Positions 38,274-53,822 of a stretch of 64,000 nucleotides of DNA are shown in pieces (positions within the stretch are counted from its first letter, which is position 1; the number at the start of each line of letters is the position of its first letter). Location: NCBI GenBank assembly GCA_963845085.1, contig CAWJQI010000001.1, positions 384,001 to 448,000 of the forward strand, written 5' to 3'. The position numbers and the translations under genes were made by a program. Under the pieces are notes generated by a model. It saw only the letters and a list, made by a program, of their open reading frames with translations. It was not told the DNA's origin and searched no databases. The DNA is from Candidatus Fermentibacterota bacterium. GTDB taxonomy: Bacteria; Fermentibacterota; Fermentibacteria; Fermentibacterales; JCC-6.

Positions 38274-39495
38274 ATGGCAACAAGACCGACTAAGTCAGAT
38301 AATACTAATGATTTCATTATTGAAATTGTTAATAAAGATTACAATATACATCATGTGCTAAAAGGTTTAGAGCAAATTGATAAGTTTTACAGCAAAGAAG
38401 TGCGGTTCTGGAACAGTTTTAGTGTTGGCCCACAGCTTCCTTTATCAGCAATTGTAAAAGACGTGAATCACAGACATCAGGAATTCTCACGGTGGTACGC
38501 AAACGATGCCTCGTTAGCCGATAAATCACATATTAGTGAGTGGAATAGAATTTATAAACCAATGCTTGAATCTCCTAATACGCTTGAAAGGGTTTCATAT
38601 CCTAGTTCTCAGGGGTATGGCAATAAGACCGAGTTCTTACCTATATTTTTCTCAGATTCACCAGAAGCCATCGCACTGATACAGTATCACGCTGCTGATG
38701 GAGATGTTAATAGACTTTATTGGTTCCTAGTTGGTGTAGACCTTGGACGTATTGATAAGTATACAATGGAGATTGTTGATTATGCACGCAGTTTTGGTTA
38801 ATTAGGACACCTAGGAACAAGGCGCTCTGTACAAAAGCGAGATCAGTAGTCTGTCTGAAGCTAGAAATGGCTTGCGTGATGCAATTACGGTCTGCCAAGA
38901 AGAAAAGGATGCACTGTTCAATCAGTTAAGCCAAAGAGACTAATGAGCTTAAGACAAAACTTCTGAACGAGGACAAACAAAGAAACGATAGTTACAAAGC
39001 AATGCTTTTCGCACTCGAAGAGAAGCTGAGTGTGGAAGCTCCTATTATGGAATGGCAACAACAAGCAGACTATCACAGAAATGTTGGTAAATCATGGATT
39101 GCTATTACTGGTATATCAATAATGGTATTAATTGCTCTTCTCACTTGTATCTTGCATAATCTTCCAGCATCGCTGGGAAGGAACATATTCGATGGGGATC
39201 CTGCGACAATAAAGTCACTAATCGTTTTAGCGTCAATTGTCTCCTTTGCAGCATACTTTGTACGCCTTCTCTCGTATTGCTATCAGCTCTTTTCATCTTG
39301 AACGAGATGCCGAGGGAGAGAAAGAGGATCACTCATGTATTCCTTGGTCTTATCAAAGACAGCACAATTAGCAAAGAGGAGAGATCTCTATTCATGCAGG
39401 CTGTTTTCAGTAGAGCGGATACCGGGCTGCTAAAGCGTGATTCATCACCTGAGATGCCTGGTACTACATCAATCATTGATAGAATTGCGAATTAA
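38274..39495 (+). pseudogene. Low-GC membrane/coiled-coil protein (DUF6161-like C-terminus), split by frameshifts
   Basis: ORF pieces 38274-38801, 39002-39301 and 39277-39495; two TM helices then ER..T..FL.L...EER..F.QAVF.R..TGL..D..P. Confidence 0.55.
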
Positions 39496-39911
39496 TTCGT
39501 GATGAGTTTTGAGCCATTTCACATGCCTCGTGTTATTGACCTTGGGAACTCAATTATCATTCGAACTTTGATAGGTTTTGCTCCAGTCTTCAAGAGCAGA
39601 TGCATTTAGCCTTTCTTGTCATTCCTCTGGGATAAAGAAGAGCAGAGTTTAAAGCAGCTAAACTGCAAAAGTTGGTTTATACTTTCTAAAATTACAGGCG
39701 AAATGTGCCAGTAATCCTGCGCAACTTTTTCAACCGGTTCAACAGCCCGAGGGTCTTTCCCCCGGAACAAACACAAGCGAATCCGCTTCCCATTGTATCG
39801 CAACATCTGCGGCCCTGTGAAAAGTAACCGTACTAGTCAACTTCCCGAGTTGGTAAAAGTCTCACTCTGGCAAACGCCGCATAAACAAGTCAGCCTACGG
39901 GTCCACATTAC

Positions 39912-41147
39912 TCAATAGGGCAGAGAATCGGTGAACTGAGCTGTTGTGATAACCACGTTATCTGGGATCCCGCACAAACCTACCAATCTCCTGAATAGCT
40001 CTTCTCCTCCTTCTTCGATGGGCTCGCCAAGGTTGAATGAGAGGCATTGCACGGATGTTTCATCGTCCCATTTGTGGTAGTAGGGAGCTTCCATCTGAAA
40101 AGGATAGACAAGAACTGCGCTGTTGCATCGAAGCTTTCTTGCGTAAGCTATAACTTGAAATACATCAGTACTTTGCACTGATTCTTCATCCTTGTACTTC
40201 GTGTCTGCGACAAGAATCGTATCGGAGGTGTTGCTGTCTTCAACGATCAAATCAGTAATGACCGTGATTGCTCCGGCATCCAGGTGTTTACCAATTCTGA
40301 GGGTCAGTCTTCCGTCCTTCTTCATTCTCCTGTTAAGCCATTTTGCAGCAAACTCCTCGAAAAGCTGGTGCATGTTGATTATGAAAGGAAGCATTCTTCT
40401 GTTTCTTTCCCCCTGACAGGGGCCGGTTCTTTCAAGGAAGAATCGACAGAGGCCGTGCATCGGTTCATAGTCGTCATTCATCCTGTTATAGAGTCTTCCC
40501 GCGCAATCCGTGTGGTGATACGGCGCGTGTTCTGCAAACCTCCCGAGAATCCTGTAGGCCTGCCTTATCTGGGGCAGGTATCTTGTGGTGCAAAGCCCTG
40601 ATCTGAGAATGGATGACAGGGTCCATAGGATGATCCTGTTCTCATCAACATCTGTGGTATGGTCTTCGTAAGTGCATCTGAGGAGTGGATCCCAGGGTTT
40701 TCTTGTGGCTTCCGGCACGTCAATCCTGCCCCTTATGAAGGCGAGGGAGGCAGATTCCGGGAGGTATGTTCTGAACAAACCCTTTCTGCATCTCTTCAGC
40801 ACCCTGCTCGAAAGTATTGCAGCGAGCCTTGAGTAGAAGTCGGCGAGGGAGGATGATTCGGACAGACCGGGAAGGACCTTGAAACTCTCGAGGTCATATG
40901 CAATCTCAAGCATTCCAAAAAGATTGCTAATGGAAACCTTTGGCTGGATCTCAATCACGCCACCCTGAAAGGGCAGATAGCCAACGTATCCCCTGGGCTT
41001 CAGTATCCAGGTTTTTCTGCCGAAACATGGCGTGCTGATTTCAATGTAGTCACTGTAACGCTCGTGAATCTCGTCGGCAAATGGAGCAAGAAGCTCACCT
41101 GGAAGCTCTGTCTGCTTCCACTCCTTGAGAACGAGGTTCAAACCCAA
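39912..41147 (-). CDS. mcrC: McrC-like restriction endonuclease subunit
   Basis: GYVG..IEIQPK..NLF.ML, FIRGRID, DENRI, M..LFEEF, TDL..ADTKYK, D.FQV.AYA, LVYP. Confidence 0.88.
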   Translation of the reverse strand: MGLNLVLKEWKQTELPGELLAPFADEIHERYSDYIEISTPCFGRKTWILKPRGYVGYLPFQGGVIEIQPKVSISNLFGMLEIAYDLESFKVLPGLSESSSLADFYSRLAAILSSRVLKRCRKGLFRTYLPESASLAFIRGRIDVPEATRKPWDPLLRCTYEDHTTDVDENRIILWTLSSILRSGLCTTRYLPQIRQAYRILGRFAEHAPYHHTDCAGRLYNRMNDDYEPMHGLCRFFLERTGPCQGERNRRMLPFIINMHQLFEEFAAKWLNRRMKKDGRLTLRIGKHLDAGAITVITDLIVEDSNTSDTILVADTKYKDEESVQSTDVFQVIAYARKLRCNSAVLVYPFQMEAPYYHKWDDETSVQCLSFNLGEPIEEGGEELFRRLVGLCGIPDNVVITTAQFTDSLPY

Positions 41148-44043
41148 CTATTCCTCACCGAGGATTGCAGTTCTGACGCTATTCCAGAGGAATTCCTTCA
41201 TTGTGTCCTGCCTGTCGAAGAAAAGCTCTTCTAGGTAAGGTTCGATCTCAAGCTGCCAGGTGTTCTCTATCCTGTTTTCGATATCCTCGTGCAGGAAAAA
41301 ACTCACACCTATAAAGAAGTTGCCATCCTCGATTGCCTTGTTGATCCGTTCAAGGACCTTTATCAGCCCATTCGGGTTAAAGGAGCTACCCCTGTGATAA
41401 TGGTTCAGAACCGAGTAATCGGGCTTCATTTGAATGAACGCGAACCGTCTGCGGAGGGCGTGATCAACAAGAGCAATGGAACGATCAGCCGTGTTCATCG
41501 TGCCTATCACATGGACATTGCTTGGGATGGAGAAACTGGAACCTGAGGCAAGCGGTATTGCCTTATCCCTGTACTCCAACAGGTACATAAGCTCCCCGAA
41601 CACCCTGGACAGGTTCGCTCTGTTAATCTCATCTATGATCATCACGCAGGGATCGGTCAGCTTCCCTGCCTCGGTACAGAACTTCTTGAATCTTCCGTCA
41701 ACTATCCTGTACTCTAGCCCACCCCCGGGAATGGCTTTTGGGCGAAGCCCTTCCATGAAGTCCTCGTAAGTGTAACTCGGATGGAACTGGATCATCTCTG
41801 TAAACCCTTTGCCGCCCCCAGTCAGATGAGCAGCGATCTTCTCGGCAAGGAAGGTCTTGCCCGTGCCGGGAGGACCGTACAAAACCGCCTGACGCTTGCT
41901 TCTAAGGGCAAGAACTGCCTTATTTATCCAGTTAAAATCGTAGCCGGTCTGTTCCTGGATCTGCTCGATCGTGAGGAACAGGGTTAACTTCCAGGTCTTC
42001 CTCGTCCTGGGAATCAAACATTGAGACAAGTACTTCCTCATCCTCGATAAGCAGTGGGAAGAGAACGAGAAACGCCTCGGAAACCCGAGCCTTCAACTCC
42101 TCAAAACTCATCTCAAGAACATCGTCCCTGCTTACGAATACACTCGCCTGATGCACAGTGGTATCAGGGCTCTCCATCCATCCCGAGAATTGCTGTGAGG
42201 AGGCTGGGAGAGGTGTGCCCTGAGATGAAGCATCAGGAGTGTTAAACATCAGCCCGCTTACGGATTGGAGCATCTGCTTGACCTGCTTCTCAATAGCAGG
42301 ATTTCTCTTCAGTAGGTCCTTAATGCCGCTGTAGGTTTTTGGGGAATGCTCTCCTCGGCTCAGACCGTAACGAATACCATGCCTGTCAGCAAGAACGTAG
42401 AGCTGTTCCGAGGTAACCCGATTCTCACCTTTTGGGTAGAAAGCCCCCCAGAAATAGTCCCAGGCGCCTCCCTTGCCCCAATCGTTCTTTGGTATCCTTG
42501 AAAAGAGCTTCTTCTCGGTTTCCATTTGCCTTCGAAACTCCGCCGGCATATCCGAAGCTATCGCCTCGAACAGAAGCTTCATGGGTTCTCGAAGGTAAGT
42601 GTTGAATGCTTCGGCGTTCTCAGAATAGAACTTCTTTGTGGGGTTCTCATGCAGTTGCTGCAGCAGCTGGAATGTCATCTCACTGAATGGGGAGTTTGAC
42701 GCAGGTCTCGGTTCCTTCTTCACCTCAGGCTGCTTCTCCACTTCCTGCTCTTGCCCGTTCGCTTTGCATGCAACCCATACAAGGCTCTGAACATCGATCA
42801 TGTCGGATGGATTCCAATCCTTCAGAATCTCCTTTATGACCCTGCAAAGCCTAAGGATTTCCGAATAGAGCTCCGCAGAGGGTTTGTTCTTGTAGCGCAG
42901 GGGCATCTCAAAGAAGTCAAGCAACCACTTGATCACCCCTGGTTTGACAAATATATCACTATCAGGATGAGATAAAAATAGATAATAAGTAGCCGTTGGC
43001 CATCTAAGAGGCAATCCCGCCTCGCTTATGAAGCTGTAGAACTTTTCCAGCCGTATAGGAGATTCCTCCTGACCCCAGAGAAGCTCGAAAAAAGCCCTGC
43101 ACAACCCCTCAAGGTCTGAGAAATCACTGTGAAGAACCGCAAGATCCCCGGTGCTTGGAGTTCCGAGATACAGGAGGTTGGTCTTGCTTGCAGAGGACTT
43201 GAGCAGACGAATCACTTCCGGGTAGTTGCCCGCTTCCATGAGTCGGGTGAACTCATTCTTCGAAAGTGCCGTTCGGATGTGTTCAGAAGCTTCCCTCTTG
43301 TAGTCGATCTCATCTGCCTTGAAGGCAGGATAACCCACTCCGCTGAATCCGGGGAACGCGACAAGCACTCTGGCTCTGAGCTCTGATATCTTTCTTTCTG
43401 CTCGAAACCGCAGGACCTTTTCAGCACCAGCTTCTCCCGGAATGCTCGCATAGTGCATGAAAGCATCAAGTTCGCAAACTGCAAGCTCTATTCCGAGGTT
43501 GCTGAGGTAAACCATTGCATTGCTCATTGCTTCGTATAACTCCGGACCGGAAAGCCCAGTAGGTATAAGCCCCAGTGAAAGAAGCGCGTTCTCAGTCTTC
43601 CGATTCCAGAGGAAGTACTTCTTCGGGTCATACGCCATGAAGAAAAGTGACCAGAAAGCTGTCCCCAGACCTGAAATGTAGAACCTGCCATCGCTCTCCA
43701 GGACGGCGGAGACTTTCTCCTTGATATCCGCAACAGACCCAAGAAACCTTATAGCTTCAGCAAGCTTCTCCCGGTTTTCCGGGATCGCCTTCCAGTAGAG
43801 CGGTACCTGAACTGCTGCCTTGTAGATCTCAACTGCAATTCCTGCAGTCTTTACGGAGTCGGGGGATGACTTAAAGAGGTCTTCTCTTATCCGTGATACA
43901 ATGCCTGAGAACTTCTCTATCCAGCCCGCTTCTCCCCATTTCGGGAGATCCCTCTTGAAATCCTGCAGAAGCTCAATGAGTTGATCACGGCTTATCCATG
44001 GATCATTGCCTGCCTGGGATGACTCATGCTTCAACTTATTCAA
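41148..44043 (-). CDS. mcrB: McrB-like AAA+ GTPase with long N-terminal region (one frameshift near 41990)
   Basis: GPPGTGKT, QFHPSYTYEDF, IIDEINRANLSRVFGE, MNTADRS, ALRRRF in 41148-42041; upstream ORF overlaps in another frame; GGAGG before TTG 44043. Confidence 0.85.
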
Positions 44044-44294
44044 GAGAAAGCCTCCAATACTCTTCTGAGAAAGCAATGGTTGTATGAAAAAAGAACGATA
44101 CCAGATTTGTGGTCTCTGGCAAGCTGATCAGAAAAAGTGCAAGACCGTCCATAAAACGGGAGTTGACATCTATTGCTTCGCCCCGGCTTGTTGCTTACCT
44201 TTACTGCTTGAATCAGCTGCAAGCCGGGACACCCTCTTCAACGTAACAGGAATTGAAGGGCAATGCCCGGTGGTTCCATGGAGAGGGTCGGCGC

Positions 44295-45845
44295 ATGGCG
44301 AAACAGACCAACGGTGCGAATCTCGGTTTCGAGGGTGAACTCTGGAAGGCTGCGGATGTTCTCAGGTCCAACATGGACGCCGCGGAGTACAAGCACGTCG
44401 TCCTCGGGCTGATCTTCCTCAAGTACATCTCCGACGCCTTCGAGGAGCAGCACGCCAAGCTCGAAGCCGACAGGGCTCAGGGCGCCGACCCCGAGGACCC
44501 GGACGAATACCGGGCCGACAACATCTTCTGGGTGCCCAGGAGGCCCGCTGGGCCATACCTGAAGGCCAACGCCAAGCAGCCGACCATCGGCAAGATCGTT
44601 GACGACGCCATGATGGCCATCGAGCGGGACAACCCCACCCTGAAGGGCGTCCTGCCGAAGGATTACGCCCGGCCCGCCCTCGACAAGCAGCGTCTGGGGG
44701 AGCTCATCGACCTGATCGGCAACATCGGTCTGGGCGACAAGGAGAACCGCTCCAAGGACATTCTCGGCCGGGTCTACGAGTACTTCCTCTCCCAGTTCGC
44801 CAGTGCCGAGGGCAAGAAGGGCGGGCAGTTCTACACGCCTCGGTGCGTTGTCAGGCTGCTGGTGGAGATGCTCGCGCCCTACAAGGGCCGGGTGTACGAC
44901 CCCTGCTGCGGCTCCGGCGGCATGTTCGTCCAGCCGAGAAGTTCGTCGAGGCATCACGGCGGCAAGGCTCGGCAGACATCAGCATCTACGGCCAGGAGTC
45001 CAACCACACCACCTGGCGCCTGGCCAAGATGAACCTGGCCATCCGGGGCATCGACGGCCAATCTGGGCCCAGGAGCGACAGCTTCCACAACGACCTCCAC
45101 CCTGATCTGAAGGCCGACTACATCCTGGCCAATCCGCCCTTCAACGACAGCGACTGGCGGCGGCGAGCATCTGCGCGACGACAAGCGCTGGAAGTACGGC
45201 GTGCCGCCCGCCGGCAATGCCAACTACGCCTGGGTGCAGCACTTCATCCACCACCTGCGCCCGACGGGATCGCCGGATTCGTGCTGGCCAACGGCTCCAT
45301 GTCCTCCAACCAGTCCGGGGAGGGCGAGATCCGCAAGAAACATCATCGAGGCCGACCTGGTGGACTGCATGGTGGCCCTGCCCGGGCCAGCTCTTCTACT
45401 CCACCCAGATCCCGGTCTGCCTCTGGTTCCTCGCCGGGACAAGAGGAACGGCACGTTTCCGCGACCGGCGGGGTGAAACCCTCTTCATCGATGCCCGCAA
45501 GCTGGGCACAATGATGGACCGCACCCACCGGGAACTGACCGATGAGGACATCGCCAGGATCGCCGGCACCTACCACGCCTGGCGGGGAGACAAGGACGCG
45601 GAGAGTACGAGGACATGCCGGCTTCTGCAAGAGCGCCAGCTGGAGGAGATCCGGAAGCACGGCCATGTCCTCACCCCGGGACGCTATGTGGGGGCTGAGG
45701 CTCAGGAGGACGACGGGGAACCCTTCGACGAGAAGATGAAGCGGCTCACCGCCCAGCTCCGGGAGCAGATGGCTGAAGGACGAAGCTGGATGCCGCCATC
45801 GAGGAGAACCTGAAGGGGCTGGGGTATGGGAAGCATGAACGTTGA
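44295..45845 (+). CDS. hsdM: Type I R-M methyltransferase subunit (multiple frameshifts)
   Basis: [48 protein letters not shown], distributed over several frames. Confidence 0.93.
45804..45830 (+). repeat. Direct repeat copy 1 (hsdM 3' end); copy 2 at 47563-47589
   Basis: GAGAA(C/T)CTGAAGGGGCTGGGGTATGGG, 27 nt with one mismatch. Confidence 0.9.
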
Positions 45846-45924
45846 TTATGGGGTGCATCACCCTAGTATGATATACGCAGTGTATATCAAGGAGGAAAAC
45901 CACGGTTGAACATCATCGGAAAAC

Positions 45925-46268
45925 ATGGCTTACCGTCGCTGGACGATAGATCTCTCAACCTACCGGCTATCGCGCTTTCATTCCAACACCATTGCCCCCC
46001 AATCCTCCGGTGGACTTGAGTGGTCGTTTGCGGGAACAGCTTTCAGCGAATGCTGACACGCACTGGGGCGCCTTGACGGTGCTGTACTAACACTACCAAG
46101 CCCAGACATGTTCGTTTTCATGTATGTGCGGAAAGAAGCTGTACTATCAAGCCAGATTGAAGGAACGCAAAGTTATTTACAGAACCTTCTAGCTGCAGAA
46201 GCAAGGCTCAGCGATCCAGACGAGCCAGCAGATGTTTCCGAAGTCATCAACTACGTCCGGGCCATGAA
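45925..46268 (+). pseudogene. Fic/DOC-family N-terminal fragment
   Basis: YRAFIP.PLPP.PP, ALGRLDG, KEAVLSSQIEGTQ, EVINYVRAM; no HPFxDGNGR catalytic part. Confidence 0.8.
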
Positions 46269-46890
46269 TGAAGGCCGCTGGATCGACGGGGAATCCCTGC
46301 CCGGCATACCGGTCAGACCTGTGGGAGGTTTTCCCGGACAGGATGGTAAACTCGAAACTGGGGGAGATTCAGGAGGGATGGGGGGTCAAGAGGTTGAAGA
46401 TGTCACCAGACGAGTAAGTGTCGGTAGAACGTACAATCAAAGACTGGACTGGTCCAGGGGTGATTCCAGTTTAGATCAAGGAAGGAGCGGCATCATTGCT
46501 TTCATAATGCCGAACCTGGATCTTCGCAACGGTAGATGAACCTGTCATCGTTTTCTCAAAGCCCTCAGCTGACTATATGAGACTGGTTTGGCTGCCGTTT
46601 TCCGCAATACAGAACGTGATTCCTTTTATCAGCAAAGGCGTTAGCACCATCTGGGTCTAGCTCATGCATAGTTTGAGACAACAATCCTTTATCTTGACGT
46701 GTAAAGGGGCATTGGCCAGACTTTGATAATTCATGCTGTCTAGTCCCTCAGAAGCAACTGACAGACTTACGGAATCCTTGTATCCGTTGCTATGGTAGCA
46801 TTTGGTCAATTCAAGATGAGATCGTCAAACCTGAACTCTCTCCGCGATGACTCTTCTCCCAAAGCTTATCTCAGGAGACGTTAAGGGACT
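46254..46890 (+). pseudogene. Relic C-terminal half of a second hsdS
   Basis: DNA similarity to 48182-48315 (central conserved region) and LLPKLISG end similar to 48830-48884, with unrelated sequence (TRD) between. Confidence 0.8.
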
Positions 46891-46939
46891 GATAGGCTTA
46901 GAGATGCTGTCCTTTTTCGAAAAGGAGTTGAAGAAAGAA

Positions 46940-47520
46940 GTGTGTCACGGCAATCACGAACGACTGGCATGCTGGCACTTGCGCCTGAACGGGCTCCTAT
47001 TGTTAGAAGATTTCGTTGTGCATCCTGATCGAGGTAGCTGCCAGAGAACTATAGTGGATCTCATGGGGTCCGTGCTTCAAGCTAATGGATCATAGAACTT
47101 GAAAGACCTATGAAGATGATCCTACCAGTTAGTCAATGCAACACACTATTTGACGTGATTTTGGTCGAAGTCAAACGCCGCAAAGCAAACTGAATGTTAC
47201 CCATGGACTCGTCCGGAAGACCAGAACATCAAGCGTGTATTGACTGCTGTTGGTTGTATCCCACCCTTCCTCTTGGAAGAAGCAGCCGATGCAATCTATA
47301 AAAATGGTATTCTTCGCTAGATGATGGTGTAACGGTTCGGCTACTTGCATCGGAGATCGAAAAGGCACTGTTTCTCCAGGTTCGTACCACAAATCATGTT
47401 TGTTTGAGATTATCGCGGATGTATACAACCTCTTGAAAGAGACCAGCAGAGAAATCATCCGTCGGGATTTGGCCTTGGGATGGCCAGGTGTTACGAAGAA
47501 GATATGTAGGATTGTCAACT
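46940..47520 (+). pseudogene. Degraded hypothetical gene, possibly PD-(D/E)xK nuclease-like
   Basis: Fragments ERLACWHLRLNG..FVVHPD..D and VILVEVK across frames. Confidence 0.35.
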
Positions 47521-47584
47521 TGGGGAGACCAACGCAAGTCGTGCTATTTTTCGCTTACAGGAGAGAATCTGAAGGGGCTGGGGT

Positions 47585-48916
47585 ATGGGGGGTGAGTGGG
47601 TCGAAGCTAGGCTGGACGAAGCATGTAAGTTGATTACAGACGGTGCCCACTATTCTCCAAAAGACGATCCATCAGGATTGCCGATGGCCTCTGTTAAGGA
47701 TCTTACCCGTCATGGAATCAATATCAAGGGATGCAGACGGATTTCCCGAAAGGACTTCGAAACGCTCGAACGCCAAGGTTGCGTCCCAAATCCGGGTGAT
47801 GTTCTGATGGCCAAGGAGGAAACTCAGCACTTGATACTGTCTGCGTTCATCGTTCGACTGAACAGGTTGTGTTGCTGTCATCAATCGCAATTCTACGACC
47901 AGGTTCACGAGTGATTTCGGATTACCTTCGGTATTACTTGGATGCACCACAGATTCGTGCTCTTCTGAAAAACGGATTTCGATCGGGAAGTGCAATACCC
48001 AGAGTAGTATTGGTGGATTTTCGACGAGCGCCAATCGTTCTACCTCCACTCCCCGAACAACGCGCCATCGCCCACATCCTGGGCACCCTGGACGACAAGA
48101 TCGAGCTGAACCGCCGCATGAACGAAACCCTCGAAGCCATGGCCGGGCCCTTTTCAAGTCCTGGTTCGTGGACTTCGACCCCGTCCGGGCCAAGATGGAA
48201 GGCCGCTGGAGGAAGGGGAATCCCTGCCGGCCTGCCGGCAGACCTGTGGGAGGTTTTCCCGGACAGGATGGTGGACTCGGAGCTGGGGGAGATCCCGGAG
48301 GGGTGGGAGGTGAAACCCATCGGGAACTTAGCAGAGCTTGTCGGTGGAGCACTCCAAGCACAAAACGGACCGAGTACTGGGATGGTGGTACTCATCATTG
48401 GGTCACGCCGAAGGACCTCTCCGGACTTCAATGCCGGTTTTGCTTAACACTGAGAGTAAGATCACCGACATGGGCTTGTCACAGGTCAGTTCAGGTTTGC
48501 TGCCAAGGGGATCAGTTCTTCTTTCATCACGCGCTCCTATTGGCTACTTAGCCATCACCGAGGTGCCAGTAGCAGTCAATCAGGGCTTCATCGCAATGAA
48601 GGCCCGTCAGGGTATATCAAATCTTTTCCTACTACTATGGGCAAGTGCGGCACATGATGAGATCGCGAGTCAAGCCAACGGCTCGACGTTCGTGGAGATC
48701 AGCAAGTCCAGCTTCAGACCCATTCTTACCATCGCGCCACCCGCCCCAGTCATGCACACCTTCGACCGTGTAACGCGTTCTATGTATCTCAAGATTGTCG
48801 ATCATGAACGTGAATCCCACACCCTCTCCTCCCTCCGCGACACCCTGCTACCCAAGCTCATCTCAGGGGAGATCCGGGTGAAGGACGCCGATAAGTTCGT
48901 GGAAAGGGCCGTCTGA
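47585..48916 (+). CDS. hsdS: Type I R-M specificity subunit (frameshifted)
   Basis: [72 protein letters not shown]. Confidence 0.93.
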
Positions 48917-48918
48917 TC

Positions 48919-49912
48919 ATGGCTGAAGAGAAGAACCCTGTTTTCCGAATGTCTGGTGCATCAGAGCTGAAGGGTGTGCCTACACCGAGCACTTCATCCG
49001 CGGAGGCTTCGCCGGTATTGGCTGGTCCGAAATCACCGAAGACCTGAGCACCGTCACCTCCCGGGAAGAACTCAATGCCCTGGTGAGGAAGTACAACCCT
49101 GACACTCAAAGCCCCATTGTTATCGGCAACTGGGTCGGCCAGATCGCCCGATTCCTCCTTGAGATACATGCTGGGGATTACGTCATCACCCCTGCTGTGG
49201 ACTCCGAGTGGCTGCATTGTGGTGTTGTCGAGCCTGATCCCTCCTACTTTTACTTCACAGGTGACGACGGGTGCCGCTTCCCCCACAGAAGACGGGTGAA
49301 GTGGTCTGAGAAGCGTGTCAAGCGAAGCGACTTCTCCGTTCCCTTCCAGAACACCATCCGTTCTTTGCTGTCAGTGTTCACCATCTCCCAGAAGGAGGAG
49401 TTTCTTCATGTGATAGGCAGGAAGGATCTCGCCCAGGAAAAAAAGCCGCTTCAGTACGACAGCTATAAAGTTGTCCTTGAACAGATCCTGGAGCTGGATG
49501 CCCACGAGTTCGAGATCCTGGTCGGCCATCTCCTGACTGCCCTGGGGTTCGAGGGTTCCGAGGTAGTCGGGAAGACTGGAGACGGCGGTGTGGATGCAGT
49601 CGGCGAGCTGAACGTCTCCAACCTCGCCAAGGTGAAAGTCTTCGTGCAAGCCAAGCGCTACAGCCTGGGTTCACGGATCAGCGCCAGAACTGTAAGGGAG
49701 CTTCGACAGGCCGTACCCTTTGGAGGCCAGGGAGCGTTCATCACCACCGCAGACTTCCAGGCGAAGGCAGTAGATATAGCTCTTGAACCAGGCTTCCCCA
49801 GGATCGGGCTAATCAACGGCCGACAGTTGGTGGACCTGCTCATCGAACACTGGTCCGACATCCCACAGGACTTCCAGGAGAGGCTGGGTCTGAAGCCGGG
49901 ATTGGTAAGGGG

Positions 49913-49916
<4 letters not shown>
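48919..49916 (+). CDS. Mrr-like type IV restriction endonuclease (frameshift near the 5' end)
   Basis: FEILVGHLLTALGF..GKTGDGGVD..VQAKRY..FITTADF..LINGRQLVDL Mrr_cat motifs. Confidence 0.85.
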
Positions 49917-53055
<3,139 letters not shown>

Positions 53056-53261
53056 ATACTCCAACTATCCCTCCCCCTACTGTCGCATCAAAACCGGCGT
53101 TTGTGTTGCATATAAAACCAGCGATGACACGTTCTTCGACCGCAAAGACGGAGAATAGCCCAGCCGCCAACGTCAGTCAATAAGGACTGATTACCGTTGT
53201 TCAAATGTTGATGCAATGTGTGAGATGAGGGTCTGGAGGGGCAGGTTTACGCAAACCGGCG

Positions 53262-53822
53262 TCAGACAGGTATCAGAACCGCCGGCAGGGAATCATGACT
53301 GGACAGCTTGTTGCAATGGTAACGGTGTTTTTCCCCAAGTTCGGCAATAAGGAGGTTGGCCTGCTCCAATGAGAGCCTTTCCTCGATTACCGCAAGGTTC
53401 AACAGGTCTCGGGTGGTGACAAGTCTGTCCAGAATCCCGATTCTCCTGCTGCTGTAATGAAGCACCTGTTCTTTCGTCACATGCGAGAATACACCCCTCT
53501 GTAGCTGCATAGGCAAGGCTCGAAGCCTCACCTTCGCCGAGACCGGCTTGCCTAATAGATAAGTGAAGATTCACAACATCAATTGAATCAGGGTCAACCA
53601 CCTTAAGTGCCCCTGCCTCCAGAAGAGTGTCCAGCATTGTTCTCTGAGCCGGATCCATAATCTCTTTGAGAACGCTCCGGGTGATCACCAGCCGGAAGTA
53701 CACGCTTCTGTGAGTATGGGAAAACTCTTCAGACGCAGGAAATTGATGAGAATGCAGCTGTCCGCCACCAGCAGGGGTGTTTCCCGCTGCTGCTTTGTGG
53801 GCGGTGAAGGATGGCTAACCAA
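53262..53822 (-). CDS. PIN-domain (DUF3368-like) protein, frameshifted
   Basis: LVADSCILINF, V..E, LGEGEASSLAYA..LACDE. Confidence 0.7.

Noticed and set aside
39720..39750. TTTTTCAAC/TTCAACAGCC resembling an IS5/IS1182 terminal repeat
   Set aside because: Too short, with no partner end or transposase nearby
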